IMG/VR virus record: IMGVR_UViG_3300036944_001020
Location: 1-61,338 of that record
DNA length: 61,338 nt
Origin: a virus
Lineage: Duplodnaviria > Caudoviricetes
Strand: one strand, 5' to 3'
Shown piece by piece: positions 18,577 to 29,108 of this stretch (the first letter of the stretch is position 1; the number at the start of each line of letters is the position of its first letter). The position numbers and the translations under genes were made by a program. The notes under the pieces are model-generated. The model had not been told where the DNA came from. It saw nothing but the letters and a program-made list of their open reading frames with translations, and ran no database searches.

Positions 18577-20559
18577 TTATGCGCCTGTTTCTTCAAACGA
18601 AATGCCAGTTCTAGTAGCAATAAAATTCAACTGGATAAAGTTAATAGAACGTGCTGGCTTGATAAAGATATCAGCAACAAATTCGTTTCTATCGATTACT
18701 TCACCGGTATTGTTTGTTTCATCGCAAACTACTTTGAAATCTGTGACACCACGGCGACCTTGAACGTCACGCAAGAATGGCTCAACTAGATTTTTGAATT
18801 GTGCTCTTGTAAATCCATCATTGAACTCAAACAATTGGAATTTTGCAGCAGTTGCAATTGCTTTTTCCAAAACAATAAACAATCTACGAACATTAATTCT
18901 ATCAAAAGCACTTGGCTTAGATAACAATGTCTTGTCGCCGAACAATACTGTTCCTTGACCGGGGAAAGATACTACTGGATTGATACCATTTTTGTATAGA
19001 GTATCTCTATCAGTCTTTGATGGGGAATAAGAAAGTTTTACAACGTTCTTAATAGTTCCTCTGTTGAATCCAGCAGGAGAGAACCATGGATCATTTGTAT
19101 AATCTGTTCTTGCAGCCAAACCAGCAATGTCACCATTCATTGGAACCCAACGATATTTGTCATTGTAACGGTCATACTGATATTTCCAACTAGAATCCAT
19201 GAATCCGTATGAAGAACTGGTCAATGTATTTCTGGTAGCAACAACTTTTGCAGCCTGTCCAGTAGTATTAACTACGTCGGTCATTAATGGAGAAGCGAAT
19301 ACTAAGCAATCTCTGCGCGTTTCTGCAAGAGAAACTAGGCTATTAATAACCGTATTTGAAGCAGCGCCAGCTAAAATCAAGCTAATGTCATGCTTTTCGT
19401 CATTTGAAAATTCAGAGAATGATGAAATAATAGCATTATCAGCAGGAGCATCGCCGGAAACAGCAAATCCTAAAGATGAATCTAATACACTAGTTACTAC
19501 TGCAAATGATTTTGAATTTTGAGTAGCCTGACCCCATGCAACATCAACCAATGAAGTTATATTAGCAGAAACAACGCCCTGAACTGGGTGATCTATCCAC
19601 CAAACATACTTCGAAGTTTGATTGATAATATCTTTATAGTAAGAACTGCTTCCATCAGATTTAGTTGCATCTGGGCATTTTGACATGAATGGAAATTTTT
19701 CTAAAATTGCACCACGAGTTCCAGTCCATGCACCTTCTTCGTCAACAACTATAACGTGCAATTCATCATTTAATCCACCAAGATTCGATACATATGTAGA
19801 TGTACTTGGAGCAGAATCAAATTGATTTTCGTATGTCCATCCAGTATATGCGCCACGATCAACCATTGAAACTTTCAATGAATTTCCCAATACGCCCGGA
19901 TATTTTGATGCCCATTGACCATATGCATAGCCATTTCCATTTACATTCTGAGCCAAATATGTTTCTTCATTTGGAATATAAATTGAAGATACGGATGTAA
20001 CCGGAGTAGCAATAACATTTGCATAGTCAACTCCGCTTGCATTTGTTACTCTAATTGTAGGGGCAGTATTATAACCACTTCCAGAACTAGATAATACAAA
20101 TCCAGTAATTAAGTTACTAGAAACGGTTGCATATCCAGTAGCAACTGTTCCGCTTGGTAATTGAGGGGCAGAAAATGATACAAATACATTTGAATTTGCA
20201 TTTCCATTTGCGCCGCCATCGACAGTACCAGTAACCGTTGTAGCGAAAATACTACCAATTGTCGTTTTTTGAACAGCAGAGGCATTTTTGGCAACAGACG
20301 CATCAACTGAACGAATCAATTGTAAATTGTTACCATATGCCAAGAAATTAGCTGCGGTGAAAAATGATTTAAATACTGTATCGTTTGGCTTTCCAAACAT
20401 TTCTACGAGTTTGTTTTCTGATTCTACTGTGGTAACTTGATCAACTGGCCCCCATTGAAATGCGCCAGCAAATGCACCAATTGAGGTTGCTACTGCTGGG
20501 ACAATCGATGTAAGGTCTTTTTCAGTTACTAACACGCCGGGTGAAAGCTGAAATGCCAT
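18577..20559 (-). CDS. 18: Tail sheath protein gp18
   Basis: MAFQLSPGV, PWFSPAGFNRG, FDRINVRRLF and FIKPARSINFIQLNF. Confidence 0.98.
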   Translation of the reverse strand: MAFQLSPGVLVTEKDLTSIVPAVATSIGAFAGAFQWGPVDQVTTVESENKLVEMFGKPNDTVFKSFFTAANFLAYGNNLQLIRSVDASVAKNASAVQKTTIGSIFATTVTGTVDGGANGNANSNVFVSFSAPQLPSGTVATGYATVSSNLITGFVLSSSGSGYNTAPTIRVTNASGVDYANVIATPVTSVSSIYIPNEETYLAQNVNGNGYAYGQWASKYPGVLGNSLKVSMVDRGAYTGWTYENQFDSAPSTSTYVSNLGGLNDELHVIVVDEEGAWTGTRGAILEKFPFMSKCPDATKSDGSSSYYKDIINQTSKYVWWIDHPVQGVVSANITSLVDVAWGQATQNSKSFAVVTSVLDSSLGFAVSGDAPADNAIISSFSEFSNDEKHDISLILAGAASNTVINSLVSLAETRRDCLVFASPLMTDVVNTTGQAAKVVATRNTLTSSSYGFMDSSWKYQYDRYNDKYRWVPMNGDIAGLAARTDYTNDPWFSPAGFNRGTIKNVVKLSYSPSKTDRDTLYKNGINPVVSFPGQGTVLFGDKTLLSKPSAFDRINVRRLFIVLEKAIATAAKFQLFEFNDGFTRAQFKNLVEPFLRDVQGRRGVTDFKVVCDETNNTGEVIDRNEFVADIFIKPARSINFIQLNFIATRTGISFEETGA

Positions 20560-20611
20560 ATTTTTACTCCTTGAATATTATTCTTATTAGTCGCATGATT
20601 AGACTACTGTT

Positions 20612-20619
20612 TATTTATA
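20612..20619 (-). promoter_or_regulatory. T4-type late promoter
   Basis: TATAAATA upstream of gene 18. Confidence 0.8.
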
Positions 20620-20630
20620 TAATTTCACTT

Positions 20631-22337
20631 TTAGACATTTTCGAGCCATCTTTTTCTCATACTTAAAATCTCATCATTTGGATTACCATTGAACCACAAA
20701 TCCCCTGCCATATTTTCTGGTTGCTTATCAATATCATCTATTCCTGTATTTATAATACCGAAAGGCGTCAGTTCTTCTTCGATCTGCTTTGCTTGACCAT
20801 CAAATAATGCTTTTCTAAGATCTAAGTCAGTCAAATCTTTGAAAAATGGCTCATTAGTTAGCCAAGAGAATAATACCATGCACATTACTAAGTCATCATG
20901 ATATCCTTCATCCGCCTTGAATGTTCCACGAACTTCAATAAATGTAGAAATTTCAGATATAATATCTGCATCCTGAATCAATAATTTATTGCTCTCAGCC
21001 AAACTCTTAAATAAACTGCAACCTAAACGCTTAACCTGTTTCGTAGTTCTTAGTCCCGGCAATCCTTTTCCACCAGACACAAATGTTCCAGTCCCGAGAC
21101 CTGTGCTGGTGAAGAACATATTTTCATATTCTAAATCGCCATAAAGAATATCTGCTACCTGTTGACCGATATCATTTATCTCAACCAAGCAATATGCAGA
21201 ATTATAGTCTTTTGCAACTTTGTAAATTATATTTGGGAATAATAGCGGAGCAACTTTATTGTCTTTATACTTCGCCACAACCCTGTATGGAAATTCTGAT
21301 ATATCAAATACCACGAATGCCGAGAAGTCTCCGCCAACACCTCTAGAAGTATCAACCACCATCACATACTTATTATTCTCGATTGGGCCAGTCAAGATAT
21401 CCAATCCATCTTTAGAATATTCTGGAGTATTTGCAGACATTCTAGAAATTGCATCTGCCCCAACCAAAGTATTAGATGATCCAAGGAATTTACATAATAC
21501 TTCTTGGTTATACTTCAATTCGCCGAGCATTGCACGTTGCTGCTCTGCCCATGCTTCGGTTCTACCCGGAATCTCAGAATAATGAATAAACATAGGCAAG
21601 AACCCATTTTTATTATTTTCAGCATCATTCCAGAATTTCCAGAAGTGATTGTATCCCATTGGTGTAGAGGTCAATAAAATCTTGGTAGTTTCACCAGAAG
21701 AAATTGTTGGGTATACTGAGGTAAAGAAGTCTTCTGCAACGTTATTTGGAATAATTGCAGCTTCGTCAATGTAAAGCCAGTTTACAGATTTACCACGAAT
21801 ACCGGATGAACTTGTCGCAGCAGTTAAAATACGGCATCCGTTCTCTAGCTCTACATCACCCTTATTCCAAGTTTTAATGCCTTGCTGCATCCAAATTGGA
21901 AGATGCTCATACATCATCTGGTAACGATATAAAACTTCTCGTGCCGCAGTTGCCTTGTTTGCAAGAATAGCAACAGTCTTATTTTCTTGGAAAAGCGTAT
22001 ACCATAAAATACATGCAGCAGATGTTACAGTTTTTCCCTGTTGTCTGCCTTCCATCAAAATAACTTTACGGTTATTTAATATGGTATCTACTTTTCTTTT
22101 CTGACAATCATATAACTTAAATGGTATAAGACCATAGTCAAGTGAAATAATTTTACAATATTTTTCAATAAAATATATTGGATTTTGGGAACATTTCATC
22201 ATTTCCCTTACTTGCTCAACAGTAAAGGGAACCGAGTATCCAACTTGTTTTAAATTTTGATTGCCATTGTAGGCATGAGAACCATAATCTTGATCATCAT
22301 CATCTAGGCCATCATCAATTTCATTTCTATACGCCAT
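20631..22337 (-). CDS. 17: Terminase large subunit gp17
   Basis: GRQQGKT, YIDEAA, TSTPMG, DTSRGVGGD and HDDLVM. Confidence 0.98.
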   Translation of the reverse strand: MAYRNEIDDGLDDDDQDYGSHAYNGNQNLKQVGYSVPFTVEQVREMMKCSQNPIYFIEKYCKIISLDYGLIPFKLYDCQKRKVDTILNNRKVILMEGRQQGKTVTSAACILWYTLFQENKTVAILANKATAAREVLYRYQMMYEHLPIWMQQGIKTWNKGDVELENGCRILTAATSSSGIRGKSVNWLYIDEAAIIPNNVAEDFFTSVYPTISSGETTKILLTSTPMGYNHFWKFWNDAENNKNGFLPMFIHYSEIPGRTEAWAEQQRAMLGELKYNQEVLCKFLGSSNTLVGADAISRMSANTPEYSKDGLDILTGPIENNKYVMVVDTSRGVGGDFSAFVVFDISEFPYRVVAKYKDNKVAPLLFPNIIYKVAKDYNSAYCLVEINDIGQQVADILYGDLEYENMFFTSTGLGTGTFVSGGKGLPGLRTTKQVKRLGCSLFKSLAESNKLLIQDADIISEISTFIEVRGTFKADEGYHDDLVMCMVLFSWLTNEPFFKDLTDLDLRKALFDGQAKQIEEELTPFGIINTGIDDIDKQPENMAGDLWFNGNPNDEILSMRKRWLENV

Positions 22338-22734
22338 CCGGATTATCCTTTAGCATGCGTAATAAATCTTGGGTTGACCCAGCAAATACGATATTATTTT
22401 GTGTATTTTTAATGGTGGTTGGGCCAGTTTCCCCAGACAATTCTTTTGCCTGTTTTTGAAGCGTCAACAAATCTTTTGAGATATCTGACATTGCCTTCAT
22501 CATTTTGCTTGCAGCTTCATATGGCGCAGGTGTTTCGGCGTTTATGGCAAGCTCAGTGATACTATCAATCATCTGATCCCCCTTCATCAACATTTTTCTC
22601 ATTGTTCTACGAGAAAGCTCAAAGTCCGCTTCCTGCTCTGCAATTTTATTATCAACGGCAGCAGTAATCGGCACTAGCTCAGATGAGGAACTATCAATAT
22701 TAAAAATATCATCTAATTTTGGAATAGGTTTCAT
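22327..22734 (-). CDS. 16: Terminase small subunit gp16
   Basis: DFELSR, PYEAASK and NNIVFAGSTQDL; upstream of gene 17. Confidence 0.88.
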   Translation of the reverse strand: MKPIPKLDDIFNIDSSSSELVPITAAVDNKIAEQEADFELSRRTMRKMLMKGDQMIDSITELAINAETPAPYEAASKMMKAMSDISKDLLTLQKQAKELSGETGPTTIKNTQNNIVFAGSTQDLLRMLKDNPDGV

Positions 22735-23486
22735 TAAAATTCTTCAAAACTCTCAACAAATCCAGTTGCACTATTTAAATTAGCAGATAATGGATCTACC
22801 TGTACAGTATAAGTTTTATTTATATTTTCTAGTGCAGAGTCACTAAACGTGCTTGCAGTAACTTTCTTAATAATACCCTGCCTGTTAACTGGGCCATAAT
22901 AATTCAATTTCATAGTAAAATCTAATGTCCACATAATATATCTACGTGCATTAAAGGAATCCTCATAAGAATCTTCAAATGATATACCGTTTAATAATAT
23001 GGGCAAATCATTTTTTAAATTTAATATAGGAATAGCTTTTAATGTAAGATTGTAGTCGGGATTAAAATATGGCAATATCTGCTCGATTACCTGCAACCCA
23101 TCATCTTGATTTTTTGCATACAAGTATAAACTAACTTCGATATTGTATGGCGTTGGCGCATACTGGGAATTAATAGATGCCGCACCAGACTCGATTGAGC
23201 GATTTTGCTGAATTGGGCTTACTTTTCTATTGAAATCATACTTTAACCCAAGCATCTCAAAGGACATTCTAGGTAAAATCACCTGCATATTCTTTTGATC
23301 GCCTTCTGGCAATTGAGCAATTCTTGTCAAAAACTTCTGCTTTGGTGCATATGACAATGGAACTTTCATTGTTTGAACAATATTATTTTCCCCATCGAGT
23401 CTGTCAATGGTAATATCGTTGAACATGTTACCAAAGGCAACAATGGCTTTTCTGGTAGTTCCCCAGTAAAATTTTGAGTCTAACAT
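22734..23486 (-). CDS. 15: Tail sheath stabiliser / terminator gp15
   Basis: VPLSYAPKQKF, LPRMSFE and QVIEQILPYFNP. Confidence 0.95.
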   Translation of the reverse strand: MLDSKFYWGTTRKAIVAFGNMFNDITIDRLDGENNIVQTMKVPLSYAPKQKFLTRIAQLPEGDQKNMQVILPRMSFEMLGLKYDFNRKVSPIQQNRSIESGAASINSQYAPTPYNIEVSLYLYAKNQDDGLQVIEQILPYFNPDYNLTLKAIPILNLKNDLPILLNGISFEDSYEDSFNARRYIMWTLDFTMKLNYYGPVNRQGIIKKVTASTFSDSALENINKTYTVQVDPLSANLNSATGFVESFEEF

Positions 23487-24232
23487 TAACGTACTACCTC
23501 ACCAAATGGATTCTTTTCTGAGAAATCCAAAATATCGTTTATTCCATAAGTGAAATCTACATTGTCTGCCAATGGATCAACATTTTGGATACTATAAGAT
23601 TCTTGTATCAATGGGCTATCAGAATATTCTTCCAACAATAGAGTGTCCCCAGTTTCGAGCAAAATCTCGTATGCAAGCATATCTTTATCGAGTGAATCGA
23701 TAATGGAGTCAATCTCAGTAATTCCGGTATCAACTCTTTCATTGGAGAACTGATACAATTCGCATTGTAGAGTAAACGTGTATAGCTTACCAAGTTGATA
23801 GAATGGAGTTCTACCTTCAACCTTACGAATTTCAAAGAATGATTTGGTTAATGGGAAGTATAACAGATCTCCTTCGGCTGGTCGATTCTCTAATACAGTA
23901 TTTCCAGTTCTTCCAACAGCTTCTGTCCATCGTTTTCTGGCAACCACGAAGTTTGCTGACTCTCTAACTTCAACCCCAAACTTAGCAAGCAGTTCGCCTT
24001 CTCCACCAAATCCACTGGTATTTTCTAGATACATCTCTAGTGGATATGCATGCTCGAAGCTATTCAATGGGTCTTCGCCAAGAATGATATCCTCGTTTAC
24101 CTGTTTTCTTGGGACGTAGTATACGTCAAAGCCATAGATTTTAAGGCACTCAATGATCAGGTCTTCTTGAAGATTCTGCTCAGAAGCTCTTCCGATTGTT
24201 CTACCTGACTGGAAATAACTGTTTGTTGCCAT
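23486..24232 (-). CDS. 14: Neck protein gp14
   Basis: EQNLQEDLIIECLKIYG, RPAEGDLLYFP and DFSEKNPFG. Confidence 0.95.
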   Translation of the reverse strand: MATNSYFQSGRTIGRASEQNLQEDLIIECLKIYGFDVYYVPRKQVNEDIILGEDPLNSFEHAYPLEMYLENTSGFGGEGELLAKFGVEVRESANFVVARKRWTEAVGRTGNTVLENRPAEGDLLYFPLTKSFFEIRKVEGRTPFYQLGKLYTFTLQCELYQFSNERVDTGITEIDSIIDSLDKDMLAYEILLETGDTLLLEEYSDSPLIQESYSIQNVDPLADNVDFTYGINDILDFSEKNPFGEVVR

Positions 24233-24319
24233 TTATTCTAATTTGTATTGACAAGAGTTGACATTGGTGTTAACATCCCTATGTAGGGAATGAAAGATGA
24301 ACTCTAATATTATTATTAA

Positions 24320-25063
24320 TTAACCAGTAAACATATCTGGTGGTAATTCAAATCTACTTTGAATATCTCTTTCAGCTTCTCCAGCTTCTGCTGTTGCTTC
24401 TTGATAAAGTAAATCACCATTTAATGTTACACCACCGGGTAAAGATACACCAGAAAACTTCTTAATGTTCTCACCCCATTGCTTTTTAATGTATGCTGTT
24501 GCTAATTTCTTTAACAACATATCATTATATACATCGGTATATGTGTCCGGATCTAAGATTCTATAGCATTCTACGATGATGAAGTCATTAGGATACACAT
24601 CACGTTGCCAATCCATTCCCATATACATTCTATTCATGTTACGGTTAAATTGTACAGGTTTTACTCCAACTAATAATTGATTAATTAATTCTAGTTGAGA
24701 TTTAACTTGTGAATAGTAAATAATATCAGTTGACATTAAACTATACAAGTCATTGATAATAATTTGATATCTAACATCAAAAATATTCATTCCAGTCGAA
24801 CGACTTGAGAATGGCAATACTCTATTTACACCAACAATTGCATCCGATAATTCAAAATATTGATTTGTAATATCTTGAGCAGTTACTTGTTTTTTTAAGT
24901 ATACTAATTCTACGGCATCGTAATGAAATTCTCTGTAGAATTGGAATGCATCATCAATCCTATCTTCAATTTGATCATCGTCTACGTTAATTTCAATGAC
25001 GGGTGCTCCCAGTCTACGTAGACAATATTCAATTAAACCTCTGCGGGATGCTACTTGTGCCAT
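24320..25063 (-). CDS. 13: Neck protein gp13
   Basis: YCLRRLGAPVIEINVDDDQ and KQWGENIKKFSGVSLPGGVTLNG. Confidence 0.95.
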   Translation of the reverse strand: MAQVASRRGLIEYCLRRLGAPVIEINVDDDQIEDRIDDAFQFYREFHYDAVELVYLKKQVTAQDITNQYFELSDAIVGVNRVLPFSSRSTGMNIFDVRYQIIINDLYSLMSTDIIYYSQVKSQLELINQLLVGVKPVQFNRNMNRMYMGMDWQRDVYPNDFIIVECYRILDPDTYTDVYNDMLLKKLATAYIKKQWGENIKKFSGVSLPGGVTLNGDLLYQEATAEAGEAERDIQSRFELPPDMFTG

Positions 25064-25084
25064 ATAAAATAATTTCCTTTGGTG

Positions 25085-25092
25085 TATTTATA
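25085..25092 (-). promoter_or_regulatory. T4-type late promoter
   Basis: TATAAATA upstream of gene 13. Confidence 0.8.
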
Positions 25093-25102
25093 GTTATTTA
25101 TT

Positions 25103-26941
25103 TTATTGGGATGTTTGTTCTAATGCTAAGACTACTGCTGGAGCAGTGGGAGAATATGCAGTTGCTGCAATGGACGAGATGCTTATTCCTGTATCACTGG
25201 TTGCATACATAACTTCAATATATTCATTTGCTAAAAAAGTATACACATCACTAATTGAAATTGAAGAATATCCATTATTTATATTTATTGTGGATAATCT
25301 AGTTGAATTTGCAAGATTTATATTGCCATTTTTGCGCAACCATACTCTAACAGTTTTACTTGCTGAATTTGTGGAAGTAATTTGAACCGATATAGATACA
25401 TTATATAAACCAGATTGTCCAATAATAACTTTAGAAGTAGGAGACCCCAAAGAAATTCCTCTGGAAAATTCTGTACTGGTCAATGTTAAAGCATATGCGG
25501 TATTTATTAACTCGGGAGTTGTACTATCTGTTTTTGCAAATCCACCAAAATATTTTTGCTGTTCAATAGTTGGGCGAACAAAAATGGCACCATCGGTTGT
25601 TCCAACATTAAGAACTGCTGCCATAGGAATTACATTATATGGCGCAGTTGGCTTAATATTAGTCAATCCCCCAGATACCGTTGGAGATGCATATAGGATA
25701 TCTCCCTGATTGAATGCACTTGTATTTACTTCACGTACATATCCAAATGTTGTACAATATCCTTTGGCCCCATTATCTTCCAAATTGTGTGTCATTATAC
25801 CCAATACATATAAACTCGGAGTACCACCATCGGCTAAAAATGGAGCAACCGACAATGCGCTATCCGGAATAACTCCAACAAACCCAACAACTGTACCATT
25901 TGGAATAGTGTTCCCAGTATTGTTTTGCACTCTAGCATATTGCTCAAACCCAGTTTGTTGAACTACGCCATTATCCATTCCAATATCTAGGGTTTGATCT
26001 ACTTTATTCCAACCAACTCTTGCTATATTACTGGAAAATGTTGTATTTGAATTGAAATCAATATAATTATAATTTGGATTTAAATTGGTTGCTACCAATC
26101 CATTCGCAGCAATATTAATATTTTGACCACTAGTTAATGCTGAAACTGCTCTGGTATTTGTGAAGTATAGATTAGCTCCTTCAACAACATTTGCAGTATT
26201 TAAGTCACTTGTATTTGCTTTAACATTTATTAGACCAATAACATTAGCATAAACTCTAGTATTTGTGAAGTATAAATTTCCTTGTTCTGGGACATTAGCA
26301 GTATTTAAATCTGTCGTATTTGCTTTAACATTTATTAGACCAATAACATTAGCATAAACTCTAGTATTTGTAAAATAAAGATTCGATCCTTCTATAATGT
26401 TACTAGTATTTAAATCTGTCGTATTTGCTTTAGAATTAAGCAATCCAATAACATTAGCATAAACTCTAGTATTTGTAAAATAAAGATTGCCTTGCTCTGG
26501 GACATTTGCAGTAGTCAATGATGCAAATTTTGAATCAACATATGCTGTTGTAGTGTATATTACGGCACTTCCGCCATAAATGGGCAATCCACTTGCCATA
26601 GCAGCAGGATTTACTGTTACAGTTCCTTCTGCAATTCTAAATACATTATCGCCGTTTGCTGATACATTAGCGGAAACTGCGTCTATTCCATAGATATATC
26701 TTCCTGCTGGGATATTTGCAGTGTCGCCTGCAGTAAGTGATATACGAACATTGCCAGTGGTATTGCTGATAATATCGAGTGCAAAAATTGCCGAAGCATT
26801 TGCGCTAGTATGCGATTTTTGCATTTTTCCACGTACAGTATATCCAACAAGACTTATTGGCTGCTTATTGTTATCAATAAACTGAATATGATCAGAATAT
26901 GTGGTGGCCTGATCTATGAATAAATTTTTAATTTGTGCCAT
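25103..26941 (-). CDS. Fibre / whisker-like structural protein
   Basis: N-terminal BppU-like segment (NLFIDQ...GRYIY...EGTVTVNP), 35-aa tandem repeats, C-terminal C1q/BclA-like beta domain (GLYNVSISVQ). Confidence 0.7.
   Translation of the reverse strand: MAQIKNLFIDQATTYSDHIQFIDNNKQPISLVGYTVRGKMQKSHTSANASAIFALDIISNTTGNVRISLTAGDTANIPAGRYIYGIDAVSANVSANGDNVFRIAEGTVTVNPAAMASGLPIYGGSAVIYTTTAYVDSKFASLTTANVPEQGNLYFTNTRVYANVIGLLNSKANTTDLNTSNIIEGSNLYFTNTRVYANVIGLINVKANTTDLNTANVPEQGNLYFTNTRVYANVIGLINVKANTSDLNTANVVEGANLYFTNTRAVSALTSGQNINIAANGLVATNLNPNYNYIDFNSNTTFSSNIARVGWNKVDQTLDIGMDNGVVQQTGFEQYARVQNNTGNTIPNGTVVGFVGVIPDSALSVAPFLADGGTPSLYVLGIMTHNLEDNGAKGYCTTFGYVREVNTSAFNQGDILYASPTVSGGLTNIKPTAPYNVIPMAAVLNVGTTDGAIFVRPTIEQQKYFGGFAKTDSTTPELINTAYALTLTSTEFSRGISLGSPTSKVIIGQSGLYNVSISVQITSTNSASKTVRVWLRKNGNINLANSTRLSTININNGYSSISISDVYTFLANEYIEVMYATSDTGISISSIAATAYSPTAPAVVLALEQTSQ
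26150..26520 (-). repeat. 105-bp (35-aa) tandem repeat, about 3.5 copies
   Basis: AAACTCTAGTATTTGT recurs at 26251, 26356 and 26461; protein unit NLYFTNTRVYANVIGLxNxKANTxDLNT. Confidence 0.9.
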
Positions 26942-26947
26942 TTTTAA

Positions 26948-28897
26948 TTAGACCCATGAATTAAATTCGGAGTAAAACTTACCCAGCAACACAAAATCTC
27001 GACCATATTGTCGATCCGCAGTACTAATCCACCCTTCCGCTGAAAATGTAGTAGTCTGTCCGCCGAGAATATCAATTGTTAATGTTTTTGAAAATGGCGT
27101 AAGAAATCCCCTAGCAGCGAACCCAAAATCAAATAATGAAACATCATCTCTTAATATTCTAAAATTACATAAATCATCCGTATACCACGCTCCAGTTGCA
27201 ATTATATTAACTCGTAAAGTGGCAGTAGAATAATTAGTTAGTTTAAAACTGGCATTTCCATATGATGTATCAGGCGTACTTGCCCCTGTATCAAAATCAT
27301 AGGTTCCCGGAATATATGTACTACGTACCCAATTGCCTTTATTTTCATTGAAATAAAGATAACTATTGACACGGTTAACGAATGATCCAGAAGGTAAAGC
27401 ACTGGCAACGGTAAGGTTATTTTCAATTGTAGTTATTAATTTTAATGCAGTTTGATCCGCTACGGGAGTCAATGCAGTTTTAGCGTCATCAGATAATTTT
27501 GCTGCGGTAATTGCCTTATCTGCTACTTTTATAGTTGATATTGCAGAATCTGCTAATTTTCCAGTTGTTACTGCCAAATCTGCAATTTTTATAGTTCCAA
27601 CTGCTCCGTCTGCAAGTTTTCCATTTGTTACTGCCAAATCTGCTATTTTTGGCGTAGTTACATTTCCTGCTACAATTTTTGCTGTCGTGACACTTGAATC
27701 TGCAATAGTAGTTTCTGTGACTGCTCCGGATGCAATTTTTACCGATGTGACTGCGCCATCTGCAAGTTTTAAGGCTGTAATACTACCATCTGCAAATTTA
27801 GCACCAGTTACTGAACCATCTTGTATTTTGGAAGTAATGACAGAATTTACTGCCATATTTACATTTCCAACCGCAAGTAATGCAAGTTTTTGTCCCGTTA
27901 CTGATAAATCTTGAAGCGCGGCAGTATAGATAGAATCATCTGTTATTGCAGGTGGACTTGGGCGAGTATATAGCAAATTTCCTAAATTTTCAAATTTGTT
28001 ATCTATATACACATATGCATTTGCATTTGATTTATTCAAAGTATTGGCTAACAGAATAACCTTCCCCTCAACCAATCCAGTTGTAGGGGCAACTGATACA
28101 ACTTGCATTGCGGTAGTGCTTGTGGATACATAATTGCCTAAACTTACCCAAGCAGTTCCATTGTGAATATATACTTGGTCATTAAATATGGCTTCTCGCC
28201 CATTAAAATTACCAGTTGATGGTAAAGATGCAACAACATCAATTGCACTAATTCCATTTGCTGCCGGTGTATTATATTTTAAAACTCGCGTCCAGCCGTC
28301 TCCGCGTCTAACGTAAATAGATGTATCAGATGTTCTTAATATTGTTCTACCTTCCCACAAATTATCGGTTGGGAAAACATTAACAACTTCAATTCCAGAT
28401 TGCCCATTTGCAATAATATTATTTTTATATGGAATCCATGTATTATTTAAGCATAGATAAGTTTGATTATCGTCATTAAATAAAACTAAACGACCATCAA
28501 ATAAACCATCTACTGGTAGCGCATCAACTACTGGAAGACTCATCAATCCACTCGCTGCACCAATATTATCTATTTTTGCGTCTACATAAGCATGCCCAGC
28601 AATTTCATCGCCCTTCCAAGTTAACTTAGATGGGGTCATCAACAATGCTTCTTGTCCATTTAATGCAACCCCTATTTGACCATTGCCGGGATGATAGAAT
28701 CCACTATTTTTATCGCCTTGCCAAACAATTCCGGGCAAACTTTTACTATCTGCCACATTTGCAGTAAGTTGACCGCCTTGGTACAATGCTGAAAAATTAT
28801 CATTAACTTTAATGAATGCTTCTCTCAATGTATCACCGGTTCCGTCATTTGCAACGGAACCAATTCCAATTTGAGTAAGATTTGCTGTTTTTGTCAT
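26948..28897 (-). CDS. Tail fibre-like protein with a gp9/gp10-type N-terminus
   Basis: IGIGSVANDGTGDTLREAFIKVNDNF motif; VTxxKIADxA decapeptide repeats. Confidence 0.75.
   Translation of the reverse strand: MTKTANLTQIGIGSVANDGTGDTLREAFIKVNDNFSALYQGGQLTANVADSKSLPGIVWQGDKNSGFYHPGNGQIGVALNGQEALLMTPSKLTWKGDEIAGHAYVDAKIDNIGAASGLMSLPVVDALPVDGLFDGRLVLFNDDNQTYLCLNNTWIPYKNNIIANGQSGIEVVNVFPTDNLWEGRTILRTSDTSIYVRRGDGWTRVLKYNTPAANGISAIDVVASLPSTGNFNGREAIFNDQVYIHNGTAWVSLGNYVSTSTTAMQVVSVAPTTGLVEGKVILLANTLNKSNANAYVYIDNKFENLGNLLYTRPSPPAITDDSIYTAALQDLSVTGQKLALLAVGNVNMAVNSVITSKIQDGSVTGAKFADGSITALKLADGAVTSVKIASGAVTETTIADSSVTTAKIVAGNVTTPKIADLAVTNGKLADGAVGTIKIADLAVTTGKLADSAISTIKVADKAITAAKLSDDAKTALTPVADQTALKLITTIENNLTVASALPSGSFVNRVNSYLYFNENKGNWVRSTYIPGTYDFDTGASTPDTSYGNASFKLTNYSTATLRVNIIATGAWYTDDLCNFRILRDDVSLFDFGFAARGFLTPFSKTLTIDILGGQTTTFSAEGWISTADRQYGRDFVLLGKFYSEFNSWV
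27490..27920 (-). repeat. 10-aa repeat tract (VTxxK[IL]ADx[AS])
   Basis: More than 10 successive units in the translation, for example VTGAKFADGS ITALKLADGA VTSVKIASGA. Confidence 0.85.
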
Positions 28898-28909
28898 AGT
28901 TACTATTTT

Positions 28910-29107
28910 TTAGAGTTTTAGACGAGATTTTATTATATTCATCTCTTCTTTAAGTATATTTATATCATTCTGCAAAATGGTTATAGTATCAATAAATTTT
29001 ATTTGCCCCGCCCTTTGAATTTTATACTGCTCCAATTTTTGCTTATCATCTGCAACAATGCAGGCATCTAACTTCACATATTCTGGGGCATCTTCAAATT
29101 TTATCAT
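28910..29107 (-). CDS. Hypothetical coiled-coil protein, 65 aa
   Basis: ORF track; follows the VrlC-like genes as in related phages. Confidence 0.65.
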   Translation of the reverse strand: MIKFEDAPEYVKLDACIVADDKQKLEQYKIQRAGQIKFIDTITILQNDINILKEEMNIIKSRLKL

Positions 29108-29108
29108 T

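Noticed and set aside
20747-20754. TATAAATA matches inside coding regions (also near 31676 and 60468)
   Set aside because: Expected by chance in AT-rich DNA and not closely positioned before a start codon, so not called.
1988-22337. Introns, inteins or homing endonucleases in core genes (46, uvsW, 23, 20, 17)
   Set aside because: The ORFs are continuous and of expected length; no HNH, GIY-YIG or LAGLIDADG motifs were noticed.
26150-27920. CRISPR array or DGR template/variable repeats
   Set aside because: The repeats are in-frame coding units without unique spacers or adenine-specific variation, and no cas or reverse transcriptase gene is visible.
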